A stretch of DNA of 64,000 bases from Gammaproteobacteria bacterium. GTDB lineage: Bacteria > Pseudomonadota > Gammaproteobacteria > Pseudomonadales > Pseudohongiellaceae. The position numbers and the translations under genes are program-made. Shown here piece by piece: positions 39,875 to 49,272 of this stretch; the first letter of the stretch is position 1; every line of letters starts with the position of its first letter. The notes below the pieces were generated by a model that worked only from the letters and a program-made list of their open reading frames with translations, was not told the DNA's origin and did no database searches. Where the stretch lies: positions 4,575 through 68,574 of the forward strand of contig JAGYKB010000011.1 of NCBI GenBank assembly GCA_018401885.1. Reading direction: 5' to 3'.

Positions 39875-42326
39875 TCGCGTCCTCATCACTATCAACTTTA
39901 AGCTCCGTCTTAATGTCCTGCATAATGTCGCGCGAAACACGACTACTGCTAGCAGATGCCTTGAAGCTTTCGATTCTTGAGGGCACCAGCCGGCGTGGAT
40001 AGAAGTTATTTTCTATGTCTGCATCGGCTGTTTCCATGTTCGGATCGATGGTGAGTGAAACGATTTCGCGCTCGGTTACGATAAGCTTTTTAACCGCCTT
40101 AGGTGATCGTCGCCAAATCTCCGCAGGATAGCGAATCTGCTCGGTCACGCCATCAGCATATTCGATGTCGAGTATGATCGGCATTACCAAACCACCCTTA
40201 TTAGCGAATTCCACCAGATAGTAATTGCGGTCTTCAATTACAGCCTTATCAAGGGTTTCGCGCTCCCAGTCCTCAAGTCCTTCGAGGAAAGAATTATAGG
40301 CATTGCGCTCTTTATTCGTGACTGTAAATTCGTCGTTCTCATCGTAGAAATCACGGACGTCGGGGTTGCGCTCTACCCACGTGCGCATACCTGCAGCGCG
40401 GTTACGCTCGCTAAACAACGAAGGCGAGAAAGCCTTGTCGTCCTCACGCTCACGCGCGAAATCAATGTCAGGATCTTCCGTATTCATCTGCATTTGATAG
40501 ACGCGCTCTAAAGAAATATCAACGTGGTCTGTGGTGTAAAACCAACCGCGCCAAAACCAATCAAGATCGATACCCGACGCTTCTTCCATCGTGCGAAAGA
40601 AATCAGAAGGTGTGGGACGCTTAAATTCCCAACGACGTGAATATTCTTTAAATGCGAAATCAAAAAGCTCGCGTCCCATAATTGTCTCGCGCAAAATATT
40701 CAGCGCCGTTGCCGGTTTAGAATACGCGTTCGGCCCAAGTCGCAGCACACTGTCTGACTGCGTCATCACTGGCACTTGATTACTCGACACCATGTAATCA
40801 ACGATATAACGCGGTTCTACGCCCCAGGGAATCTCGGCATCCCATTCGCGACCAGCGACCCCGTCAAGATAGCTGTTGATACCTTCGTCCATCCACGTCC
40901 ACTGACGTTCGTCAGAGTTAACAATCATAGGGAAATAGAAATGTCCAACCTCGTGAATCACCACGCCAATGAGGAATCGTTTCTCAGCAAGAGTGTAGGT
41001 GCGGCTACCATCCTCTTGTAGCGTCGTGCGCGGGCCGTTAAAGGTAATCATCGGATATTCCATTCCGCCAACAAAGCCAATATTGACTGATTGCGCGGTA
41101 GGATATGGGAAGTCAAATGAGAATCGGCTATAGACTTCGAGTGTGTGTATTACCGATTCTGTTGAGTATTTCGCCCAGAGGTCACCGCCTTCTTTAGGCC
41201 AAAAGGACATAGCAAGGACAAGTTCCTGCTCGGCGCCTTCCTGCCTATAGCCCTTAGCGTCCCAGATGTATTTACGTGACGAAGACCATGCGAAATCGCG
41301 AACGTTTTTGGCACTAAACCGCCAAGTCTTAGTCTCGTCGGTCCCTTCAGCTTCGTTTGCTAAAGCTTCCTCAGGTGTGACAATCAACACTGGTCGCTCT
41401 GCAGTTTCCGCCTCTCGAAGGCGACGACGCTGCTCATCGGTGAGTACTTGGTTCGCATTCTCAAGCTCCCCCGTCGCAGCAACGATATGGTCTGCAGGAA
41501 CCGTCATGGCAACATCGTAATCGCCAAATTCCAGTGTGAACTCACCTGAGCCCAAGAACTCCTTGTTCGTCCAGCCTTCGTAGTCGGTATAGGCTACAAG
41601 ACGAGGAAACCATTGTGCGAGGGCATAAATAGTGTTGCCGTTTTCACCTTCGTCAGCGAAATATTCATAGCCCGCGCGCGGGCCTAGTACGTCGCCGTTA
41701 ACAATGTTGTAGGCATAGTCGATCTTAAAATCCACCTTAGCACCAGGTCTCAGAGGGCGGGGCAAATCGACTCTCATCAACGTTCCTACGATGGTGTGAC
41801 TTAGCGTGTTACCCGACCCATCTACAACCGATTGGATGTCGTAGCCAAGTTCAGCCTCTTCCATGTACTGAATCTCTCGGAGCTGCCCGAGACTCACGCG
41901 GGCAGGTGATCCTGGCTCGGGATTAGAACGGTTGAAGGTCTCACTGAGCTGCGCGATGGAATCATTACGAAACCGATTCTGGTCCAATTGCAGCCAAAGG
42001 TAATTTAGCGTGTCTGGAGAATTATTCTGATAGGAAATCGATTCGCTACCCTGAATACTGTGCGTATCCTCGTTCAGGGTTACGTCGATATCGTAATCGA
42101 CTTTCTGCTGCCAATAGGCATGACCAGGCTGCCCTGCTGCGTTGCGGTAAACATTAGGTGTCGGCAATACTTCGTCCAGTTGACGAAATTTATCTTGATA
42201 ATCGCCTTTCGTTTGTTGAATTCCCTGTGCCGCTGCAATACCGCTGACAAGGCTTAGCGCAGCGCCTAATAAACTAATATTTAAGAATGTAGGTAAGCCT
42301 GAGCGCTTGAATTTCGAATCACTCAT
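39849..42326 (-). CDS. M1 family metallopeptidase (aminopeptidase N-like), secreted, acidic C-terminal tail
   Basis: 825 aa with a signal peptide. Gluzincin motif HEVGHFYF-N18-WMDEG. The C-terminus is DSDEDANEDDESAN. Confidence 0.88.
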   Translation of the reverse strand: MSDSKFKRSGLPTFLNISLLGAALSLVSGIAAAQGIQQTKGDYQDKFRQLDEVLPTPNVYRNAAGQPGHAYWQQKVDYDIDVTLNEDTHSIQGSESISYQNNSPDTLNYLWLQLDQNRFRNDSIAQLSETFNRSNPEPGSPARVSLGQLREIQYMEEAELGYDIQSVVDGSGNTLSHTIVGTLMRVDLPRPLRPGAKVDFKIDYAYNIVNGDVLGPRAGYEYFADEGENGNTIYALAQWFPRLVAYTDYEGWTNKEFLGSGEFTLEFGDYDVAMTVPADHIVAATGELENANQVLTDEQRRRLREAETAERPVLIVTPEEALANEAEGTDETKTWRFSAKNVRDFAWSSSRKYIWDAKGYRQEGAEQELVLAMSFWPKEGGDLWAKYSTESVIHTLEVYSRFSFDFPYPTAQSVNIGFVGGMEYPMITFNGPRTTLQEDGSRTYTLAEKRFLIGVVIHEVGHFYFPMIVNSDERQWTWMDEGINSYLDGVAGREWDAEIPWGVEPRYIVDYMVSSNQVPVMTQSDSVLRLGPNAYSKPATALNILRETIMGRELFDFAFKEYSRRWEFKRPTPSDFFRTMEEASGIDLDWFWRGWFYTTDHVDISLERVYQMQMNTEDPDIDFAREREDDKAFSPSLFSERNRAAGMRTWVERNPDVRDFYDENDEFTVTNKERNAYNSFLEGLEDWERETLDKAVIEDRNYYLVEFANKGGLVMPIILDIEYADGVTEQIRYPAEIWRRSPKAVKKLIVTEREIVSLTIDPNMETADADIENNFYPRRLVPSRIESFKASASSSRVSRDIMQDIKTELKVDSDEDANEDDESAN

Positions 42327-42533
42327 AATTAAATGCTCTGATTGTGATTGTTTTGTCTCGTATCACCTTACTCTGGCCGGCGAGATACGAATCGAGTAAT
42401 CTTCTATAAACAACGCTATGATAACCTTTTTTGTCATTATTGGCAGGCGCATTAGGTGTAAAATCGCTACCCCTTACGCGCCCAATCAATCCGATGATTA
42501 GCGACGAACACGCAATAAATTGAGAGGACTTCC

Positions 42534-43802
42534 ATGGATTTAATCGCTATCGCAGTGCCATTCTTCCTCGCGCTGATTCTGGCCGAATTTATTTACGGTG
42601 TCATCCGCGGTCGCAACACTTATCGCCTTAATGACACGATTAACAGCCTTTCCATGGGCTCACTGAGCTCACTCAGCGGACTAATGATAGTAGGAGGCTC
42701 GGCGCTAATCTATGAATTCGTGGTCGACGCCTTTGCGCTAACGCAATTATCGGCAGACTCGACGCTTGTATGGATTACTACCTTTATTTTTTACGACCTT
42801 GCCTATTACTGGAAACATCGCCTAGGTCACGAAGTAACCCTTTTTTGGGGGTCACATGTCTCGCATCATCAAAGTGAGGATTACAATTTAGGAACTGCGC
42901 TTCGACAGACAAGCATCGACTTTCACGGTTTTTTATTCCTTATCCCTTTCTTCATTGCCGGTGTGCCCGGCGAAGTCCTCGTTGCGACGGTGAGTCTCAA
43001 TCTCATCTACCAATTCTGGGTGCACACTCAGCATGTACCCAAGCTTGGACCTATCGAATGGATCATGGTGACGCCCTCGAACCACCGCGTCCATCATGCG
43101 CGCAATGATCAGTATGTAGACAAAAATTACGGCGGTGTTTTCATTATCTGGGACAGGATTTTCGGTACCTATCAAGATGAACTGGCCGAGGAACCGGCTG
43201 TTTACGGCCTGCGCAAACCTCTCAATAGCTGGAATCCGCTATGGGCGAATACGCATGTTTACTGGCGACTACTGGTTGATTTCGTAAAGATCAAGGGCAT
43301 TAAGAACAAAGTCCAACTCTTGTTTAAGCGCCCTGGGTGGCTTCCTGAAGGCTACGTGAAAACCTGCAAAGCGACACCCATCGACCTAAGATCCAAATAT
43401 GATCCTCCTGTTGCCAGCGCAACGAAGGCCTATGTGTTCGGTCAATTTCTCATCACAGTCGCCGTGAGCCTCTCCCTCGCTGGCCTTGCCTCTTTGGCAA
43501 GTCCCGTCGAGCTGTGGGCTGCTGCCGGCTTCATTGTGTTATCACTCTTTACACATGGCTACATACTAGACAAACGCCGACTCGCGGCGCCACTCGAAAG
43601 TGCACGCTTGATACTCGCCATTGCGCTCGCCTTGCTGCTCCCACTGGGGTCAACGCTCTCCGCGCTACTCGGTTATTCGGCCGCCGCCTCGCTGATCGTT
43701 TTAGGCATAAGCATCGCCTTACAGCGCAATATCCTTGGGGCTGGAGATCAGGAGATTCGTAAAGGGGACGTTAGTGAAGGACTTGCCAAGGCTTCAGTTT
43801 AG
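42534..43802 (+). CDS. Fatty acid hydroxylase / sterol desaturase family membrane protein with a C-terminal polytopic extension
   Basis: His boxes HRLGHE, HVSHHQSEDYN and HRVHHARN. About 150 extra hydrophobic C-terminal residues. Confidence 0.82.
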   Translation: MDLIAIAVPFFLALILAEFIYGVIRGRNTYRLNDTINSLSMGSLSSLSGLMIVGGSALIYEFVVDAFALTQLSADSTLVWITTFIFYDLAYYWKHRLGHEVTLFWGSHVSHHQSEDYNLGTALRQTSIDFHGFLFLIPFFIAGVPGEVLVATVSLNLIYQFWVHTQHVPKLGPIEWIMVTPSNHRVHHARNDQYVDKNYGGVFIIWDRIFGTYQDELAEEPAVYGLRKPLNSWNPLWANTHVYWRLLVDFVKIKGIKNKVQLLFKRPGWLPEGYVKTCKATPIDLRSKYDPPVASATKAYVFGQFLITVAVSLSLAGLASLASPVELWAAAGFIVLSLFTHGYILDKRRLAAPLESARLILAIALALLLPLGSTLSALLGYSAAASLIVLGISIALQRNILGAGDQEIRKGDVSEGLAKASV

Positions 43803-43820
43803 CTTAATGTTGTAATGCGT

Positions 43821-44549
43821 TCACAGGCGGATAAGAGGAAAGTCGTCGATTAGCTTCCCGGAGTCAATTTCGCGTAATTCGAATTGAGCCTCTTGCGCGT
43901 CTTTGAGCGCTTGCCTGAGCGACCTCCCCTCTTCCAAGTTAGTAATCACGAAAGCAGCTTTACCGGTCAAATTCCCCAAAGGTGCGACGCTAAGTGGATT
44001 GAACACATATTCTTCGCTGTCACTCAGCAGTCCCTTTACGCTTGCCTCGACGCTTAATGCGCTACCTGGAACCGCATCGCGCACCGCTCTATACAAAGAA
44101 GAGCCACCGCGCGCATCGATTACGCGAAGATAAAGCTCGACATCGCGTGTAAAGAGCTCAGCGTTTTTTAACTCGATTGTTGGCGTATAGATCGGATAGC
44201 TGAAACCCACTTCTACGATCCCATTACTTGAGGCATCGGTAATGAGTGCACTGAGGATTTGCTCTCCGCGGACCCCCTCCCCCGCTCGCTGAGGAAGCAA
44301 GAGAAAAAAGTAGAGCGCGACAAAGAAAAGCAGTGGGATGACAAAAAATCCGGTAAATACCACTGGTGAACGCAAAAAGGGCGAAAGCCAGGGCCGCACG
44401 CCAATCAGGCCTAGAATCACAACCGATGTACTTAACAGGGCCCTTACAGGAATAGCTAATCTGCCGACCACAATCGCATTGACATCGAGCCAGTAGAGGA
44501 GCAAGGCGGCTAGCAGCAGGCTCACGGCAGACAGCAGGCGGAACATCAT
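43821..44549 (-). CDS. Hypothetical membrane protein (3 predicted TM helices + ~150-aa soluble C-terminal domain)
   Basis: ATG 44549 lies 4 nt after the lipA stop codon. I recognise no family motif. The listed ORF start 44600 overlaps lipA. Confidence 0.55.
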   Translation of the reverse strand: MMFRLLSAVSLLLAALLLYWLDVNAIVVGRLAIPVRALLSTSVVILGLIGVRPWLSPFLRSPVVFTGFFVIPLLFFVALYFFLLLPQRAGEGVRGEQILSALITDASSNGIVEVGFSYPIYTPTIELKNAELFTRDVELYLRVIDARGGSSLYRAVRDAVPGSALSVEASVKGLLSDSEEYVFNPLSVAPLGNLTGKAAFVITNLEEGRSLRQALKDAQEAQFELREIDSGKLIDDFPLIRL

Positions 44550-44553
44550 CGTA

Positions 44554-45537
44554 TTAAGCCTTGACGACGATATCTTCGCCTTGAGCCTGTTTATCAGCAT
44601 GATACGATGAACGCACTAACGGTCCGCTTGCTACATGCTTGAAGCCAAGCTCCTCACCGAACTGGCGCAGTGCGTCGAATTCGTCGGGATGCACGAAGCG
44701 TTCGACCTTGAGATGGTCTTTACTCGGCTGCAGATACTGACCGAGCGTCACCATGTCAACATCGTGCGCGAAGAGGTCGCGCATGACGTCTTTCACCTCG
44801 TCGATTGTCTCACCAAGGCCGAGCATCAGCCCAGACTTCGTTACAACTTCGGGGCGGAGTGCTTTGTATCCCTTCAGAAGATCAAGAGACCACTGATAGT
44901 CAGCGCCTGGACGAGCTTTCCTGTAGAGGCGGGGGACGGTCTCGAGGTTATGGTTAAACACATCCGGAGGCGTCTCTTTCAAAATATCGAGTGCAATCTG
45001 CATGCGTCCCCGGAAATCAGGCACTAAGACCTCGACCTGAATCTCGGGATTGAAGCGTCGCGTTTCGCTTATGCAATTCGCGAAATGTTGTGCCCCGCTG
45101 TCTTTTAAGTCGTCACGATCGACAGAGGTAATAACAACATAACTAAGACCCATTTCTTTGATCGCACTGGCGAGCTCTGTTGGCTCATTAGGATCGAGTG
45201 CATTAGGCTTGCCGTGGGCAACATCGCAGAAGGGACAGCGGCGGGTGCAGATCTCACCCATAATCATGAAAGTCGCGGTACCGTTGCTAAAACACTCGCC
45301 CAGATTGGGGCACGAAGCCTCCTCACAAACTGACGCAAGTTTATGTTCGCGAAGTTTCTGCTTAATATGATTTATTCTGGGCGACGCAGGAATCTTAACG
45401 CGAATCCAGTCAGGCTTGGTTGGCAGCTCGTCGGTTGGGATCACCTTCAGAGGGATGCGCCTCACCTTGTCTGCACCGCGCAGCTTCTCGCCTTCGATTA
45501 ACACATTTCGACGCTTTCGCTCTGTTGTCTCTGTCAT
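44554..45537 (-). CDS. lipA: Lipoyl synthase (radical SAM)
   Basis: 327 aa. Cys clusters [12 protein letters not shown] and CTRRCPFC. Confidence 0.97.
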   Translation of the reverse strand: MTETTERKRRNVLIEGEKLRGADKVRRIPLKVIPTDELPTKPDWIRVKIPASPRINHIKQKLREHKLASVCEEASCPNLGECFSNGTATFMIMGEICTRRCPFCDVAHGKPNALDPNEPTELASAIKEMGLSYVVITSVDRDDLKDSGAQHFANCISETRRFNPEIQVEVLVPDFRGRMQIALDILKETPPDVFNHNLETVPRLYRKARPGADYQWSLDLLKGYKALRPEVVTKSGLMLGLGETIDEVKDVMRDLFAHDVDMVTLGQYLQPSKDHLKVERFVHPDEFDALRQFGEELGFKHVASGPLVRSSYHADKQAQGEDIVVKA

Positions 45538-45646
45538 TTTGACCTAGCTCACTTCGCCGGCGCACCGGCATTTCAGTTTTTAGCCTGCTTAAAGAGGCAT
45601 TTCAATTTGCACTAACTCCTTCTTCGGTAAGGAGAAAGCAGCGGCG

Positions 45647-46348
45647 CTAGGCTAAATACCCAAACCGCGTCAGCAAAGCCGCAATAAGCGCGCTGCTAAC
45701 TTCTTGCATTAAGTTACGCTCGGCATCTGTCTTGCCGATTAGATCTGCGACCTGAGTTACTTTGAGGTCCTCGAAGCCGCAGGGGTTTATTCTATCGAAC
45801 GGTGATTTGTCCATGTCGACATTGAGACTCAGCCCGTGATAGCTCAACCCGTTTTTGATGCGCAAGCCTAGCGCGGCGATTTTCGCGCCGTTCACATAGA
45901 CACCCGGAGCATCAGGCCGACGCTCTCCACTGATTCCGAACGTAGCGAGCGCCTCGACAATTGCCTCTTCGATGAGGTCTACTAATTCGCGAACACCCAT
46001 CTTACGACGCTTTACATCGATTAGTAGATAGCCGACAAGCTGACCTGGGCCATGGTAGGTAACTTGACCACCGCGGTCGATCTGCACAATAGGAATATCG
46101 CCGGCATCGAGTATATGCTCAGCCCGACCCGCTTGCCCCTGAGTAAAGACAGGCTTGTGACTCAACATCCATATTTCATCATCGCGACCAGGCCTCGGAT
46201 GTTCAGCGAGGTATCGCATCGCGTGCCAGAGAGGCACATAGTCTTGAAGCCCTAGCCGCCTTACTTTCAACCTTATTTCGTTGGTTTTGGTTAAAGGCTG
46301 ATTAGGCGCGGGGACTGCCTGCTCCCACTTATACGCATCTAAACGCAT
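45647..46348 (-). CDS. lipB: Octanoyltransferase (lipoyl(octanoyl) transferase)
   Basis: 233 aa. ...IDRGGQVTYHGPGQLVGY...INPCGF... Directly downstream of ybeD. Confidence 0.92.
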   Translation of the reverse strand: MRLDAYKWEQAVPAPNQPLTKTNEIRLKVRRLGLQDYVPLWHAMRYLAEHPRPGRDDEIWMLSHKPVFTQGQAGRAEHILDAGDIPIVQIDRGGQVTYHGPGQLVGYLLIDVKRRKMGVRELVDLIEEAIVEALATFGISGERRPDAPGVYVNGAKIAALGLRIKNGLSYHGLSLNVDMDKSPFDRINPCGFEDLKVTQVADLIGKTDAERNLMQEVSSALIAALLTRFGYLA

Positions 46349-46654
46349 CTAAAGCACCATCTTTACGTGCTCGATCGTCTTCAGCTCTGCAAATAGCTTT
46401 TCCAGTTGCTCTGCGCCAGTGGCCGCAATGGTCACTCGCACCGAGACGTAGTTGCCTTTTTTACTCTGGTTAAACTCTATGAGCTCCTCGGATATTCTTC
46501 CTGCATGGCGCTCGAGAACGCTTATTGCCATCGCTCTAAAACCAGGCGCAGACGCGCCAATCACTTTAATTGGATAGAGGCAGGGGAACTCTATTTTCGG
46601 CGCTTCTTGATCGGTGCTGAGTGGCGTCTCAGTAAACGTAATGTCCTTGGTCAT
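46349..46654 (-). CDS. ybeD: YbeD (DUF493) family protein
   Basis: 101 aa. ...FPCLYPIKVIG...SKKGNYVSVRVTI...HVKMVL parallels E. coli YbeD. Conserved dacA-ybeD-lipB order. Confidence 0.85.
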   Translation of the reverse strand: MTKDITFTETPLSTDQEAPKIEFPCLYPIKVIGASAPGFRAMAISVLERHAGRISEELIEFNQSKKGNYVSVRVTIAATGAEQLEKLFAELKTIEHVKMVL

Positions 46655-46664
46655 CGCATCGAAC

Positions 46665-47849
46665 CTAAGAGAATAAATTGCTGAAGAAAAGCGTTAACCA
46701 ATCAATGAAACGCTTAAACAGACTGCCCTGTTCGATACCTTGCATTGCGACTACGTCGCCCCTATAGATGAGATCGTTGTCGAGAGTGACATTTACAACG
46801 CCCATAATTTCCCCCTCGACTAGAGGTGCGCTGACGGCCTCCTCGACTTCAATAGCAGCTGTCAGATTTTCGCCTTGACCGCGGGGAATGGTCACAAACA
46901 CGTTCTCTGTGACACCTAGATCAACGGCCGACTGCTCTCCTGACCAAACGGGAACATTGGTCAATACTTGCCCCTCGTTATAGAGCTGATGAGTTTCAAA
47001 ATAGCGGAACCCATAGGTAAAGAGTTTTTGTGTCTCGATGGCGCGTGCCTCTGTGCTTGCAGTGCCCATCACGACTGAAATCAGACGCATACCGTCACGT
47101 TCGGCCGAGGCGACAAGGCAGTATCCTGCTGCGTCTGTCCAGCCTGTTTTGAGACCATCCACATTACGATCTCGAAAAAGTAGCGAGTTGCGGTTAGTCT
47201 GCGTAATACCATTATAAGTGAACTCGCGTTCGGCATAGATTGGATAGAAATCCCTATGCTTGTTCACCGTTTCTCGAGCAATGATTGACAGATCACGCGC
47301 CGACATTGTGTTGTAATACTGCTCCGTATCCAACCCACTCGAATTCATGAAAAAACTCTGCTGCATGCCCATAACCTCGGCATACTGATTCATCATGTCA
47401 GCAAAGGCGTCTTCACTGCCCGCGATGTGTTCTGCTATCGCGACACTCGCGTCATTGCCTGATTGAATAATAATGCCGCGCAAAAGGTCCTCTGCGCGCA
47501 CCATAGTATCGACGCCAACAAAAGTCTTCGACCCCTCCATGCGCCAGGCCTTCTCACTAATGTGCACAGGCGTATCGAGTGTCAGGCGACCGCTGATGAT
47601 TTCCTCGATAGCAATGTAAGACGTCATAATCTTTGTCAGGCTTGCAGGCGGCAACGCCTCATCGGCGTTTTCTTCAATTAAAACCTGCCCTGTTTTGGCG
47701 TCGATCAGAATATAACTAGTCGCTGCGATATCTGGCGGGCGTGGAATAATCGCGGGGGCTGCAAACGCCCTGAGAGTTGGCAACACGCCAATGCACAGGG
47801 CAAGAAGGATACTGAGTGTGCGCTGGTTAGATCGGACTCTTGATATCAT
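46665..47849 (-). CDS. dacA: D-alanyl-D-alanine carboxypeptidase (PBP5/6 class)
   Basis: 394 aa with a signal peptide. SxxK (PASLTKIM), SGN (IQSGNDA) and KTG (LKTGWT) motifs, plus a PBP5 C-domain. Confidence 0.9.
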   Translation of the reverse strand: MISRVRSNQRTLSILLALCIGVLPTLRAFAAPAIIPRPPDIAATSYILIDAKTGQVLIEENADEALPPASLTKIMTSYIAIEEIISGRLTLDTPVHISEKAWRMEGSKTFVGVDTMVRAEDLLRGIIIQSGNDASVAIAEHIAGSEDAFADMMNQYAEVMGMQQSFFMNSSGLDTEQYYNTMSARDLSIIARETVNKHRDFYPIYAEREFTYNGITQTNRNSLLFRDRNVDGLKTGWTDAAGYCLVASAERDGMRLISVVMGTASTEARAIETQKLFTYGFRYFETHQLYNEGQVLTNVPVWSGEQSAVDLGVTENVFVTIPRGQGENLTAAIEVEEAVSAPLVEGEIMGVVNVTLDNDLIYRGDVVAMQGIEQGSLFKRFIDWLTLFFSNLFS

Positions 47850-48143
47850 GGGAAACTCGTCTCTTTGTCTGAATTCTCTTCTGCGGCTCTTCTATTTAAT
47901 GCGCCACCGGAAATTTCGCTTGGGTCGATAATTCATCCTGCTACCACTGCCTATGATACTAGGTCTTGCGCGGAATTATTGACCGAATTTGCATTTGTGA
48001 AATCAAATCAGAAATAATTTACTAGTTTAATGCTTACGCGGCGCGATGCCTACGCATCATCGGTTATCAATAAAAATAGTCACGGGTTAGCCTCGTTTGA
48101 GTCACGCTTTGCCCGTGTTTGGACGCGTTCTGAAATTACTTTT

Positions 48144-49076
48144 TTACTCGGAAACGGTGTAGGGCGTCCCCAGATTAGCTGACGCTACTCGCGCCTTTAG
48201 CGAATCCACCTCGGCCAGATCATTCAGAGGTCCGATTCGCACCCGGTGCAAACGCTGACCTTGGGAGGAAATCACCTCTTCTATTCTGACTGGCTGCCGT
48301 GTAAGACTCCGCAACTGCTGCGCGACTTCTTGAGCACTTTCGCGCTGTGAATAAGCGCCTACTTGAAGGTATTGGTCAGCTATTTTACCACTACCGACTC
48401 TCGCCAGCTGGGGCTGCTGGCGTCGCTCACTGGGCTTGTCTGTATTGACCACGATCGCCTCTAACTCGACGCGCGCGGTGCCTCTGTCGGCGTAGCCAAG
48501 CTTCACTGCGGCAGCGTAAGACAGATCAATGATTCTATCACCGTGAAACGGGCCCCTATCGTTAACTCGGACAATGATGCTGCGATTATTGTCGAGATTA
48601 GTTACCCTAAGAAAACTCGGTATCGGCAGTGACTTATGCGCGGCTGATACCTTATACATATCGAAGGTCTCACCGTTTGACGTTTTGTGGCCGTGAAATT
48701 TTTCGCCATACCAAGAGGCCACCCCTCTCTCGAAATACCCTTCCTCGGTGGACATAACTGTGTAGCGTTTGCCCAGCACCTCGTAGGGACTACGATTTCC
48801 CGCCATAGTGCGCGTCACTGCGGTTGGCTCAACCTCTTCGATCTCTGAAGGATCCAGCATCCTGGTTGGCGCCCGGTCTTGTGCTATTTGATAGCGCCCT
48901 GCATTTGGCAAAGGCTGCTTCACAGAGGGACTGCTCGCGCAGCCTGCGAGCAAGGCAAGTAGCAGCATTACCGGCGTTTTTACTCCAAAGAGGAAACCAC
49001 GGTGCTTCGCTGGCTTGACTCGTGACGCACAAGTCCACACAGCCTGAATGGAGTGATCCACTGCAGTACCTCTCAT
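48144..49076 (-). CDS. rlpA: Septal ring lytic transglycosylase RlpA (DPBB + SPOR domains), lipoprotein
   Basis: Lipobox LLALLAGC. DPBB core ASWYGEKFHGHKTSNGETFDM..AAHKSLP...VRVNDRGPF and a C-terminal SPOR domain. The start is uncertain: ATG 49076 has an AAGAGG-N7 SD, and an alternative ATG lies at 48968. Confidence 0.85.
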   Translation of the reverse strand: MRGTAVDHSIQAVWTCASRVKPAKHRGFLFGVKTPVMLLLALLAGCASSPSVKQPLPNAGRYQIAQDRAPTRMLDPSEIEEVEPTAVTRTMAGNRSPYEVLGKRYTVMSTEEGYFERGVASWYGEKFHGHKTSNGETFDMYKVSAAHKSLPIPSFLRVTNLDNNRSIIVRVNDRGPFHGDRIIDLSYAAAVKLGYADRGTARVELEAIVVNTDKPSERRQQPQLARVGSGKIADQYLQVGAYSQRESAQEVAQQLRSLTRQPVRIEEVISSQGQRLHRVRIGPLNDLAEVDSLKARVASANLGTPYTVSE

Positions 49077-49272
49077 TGTTTTGCCTCTTGATGGTCTGGT
49101 TTGCTCAATTTTTCGCAGATGTCTACCCAGTATCAGAATGCCGTAAAGATTCCAAAGACGCTCACATCTGTAGACACTCAGAAAGGGTAGCGGTAGCAAG
49201 CGGGAAAGTTTGAGTATTTTAGCGCTTTGTCTAGGGTTAAACCCTTGCGCTGAAAACCCCGAGCGCCGTTCT

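Noticed and set aside
49077-49272. ~200-nt gap between rodA and rlpA as a possible remnant of the sltB1/mltB gene found there in Pseudomonas
   Set aside because: No frame translates to anything resembling a lytic transglycosylase. E. coli also lacks a gene here, so this is probably just the rlpA promoter region.
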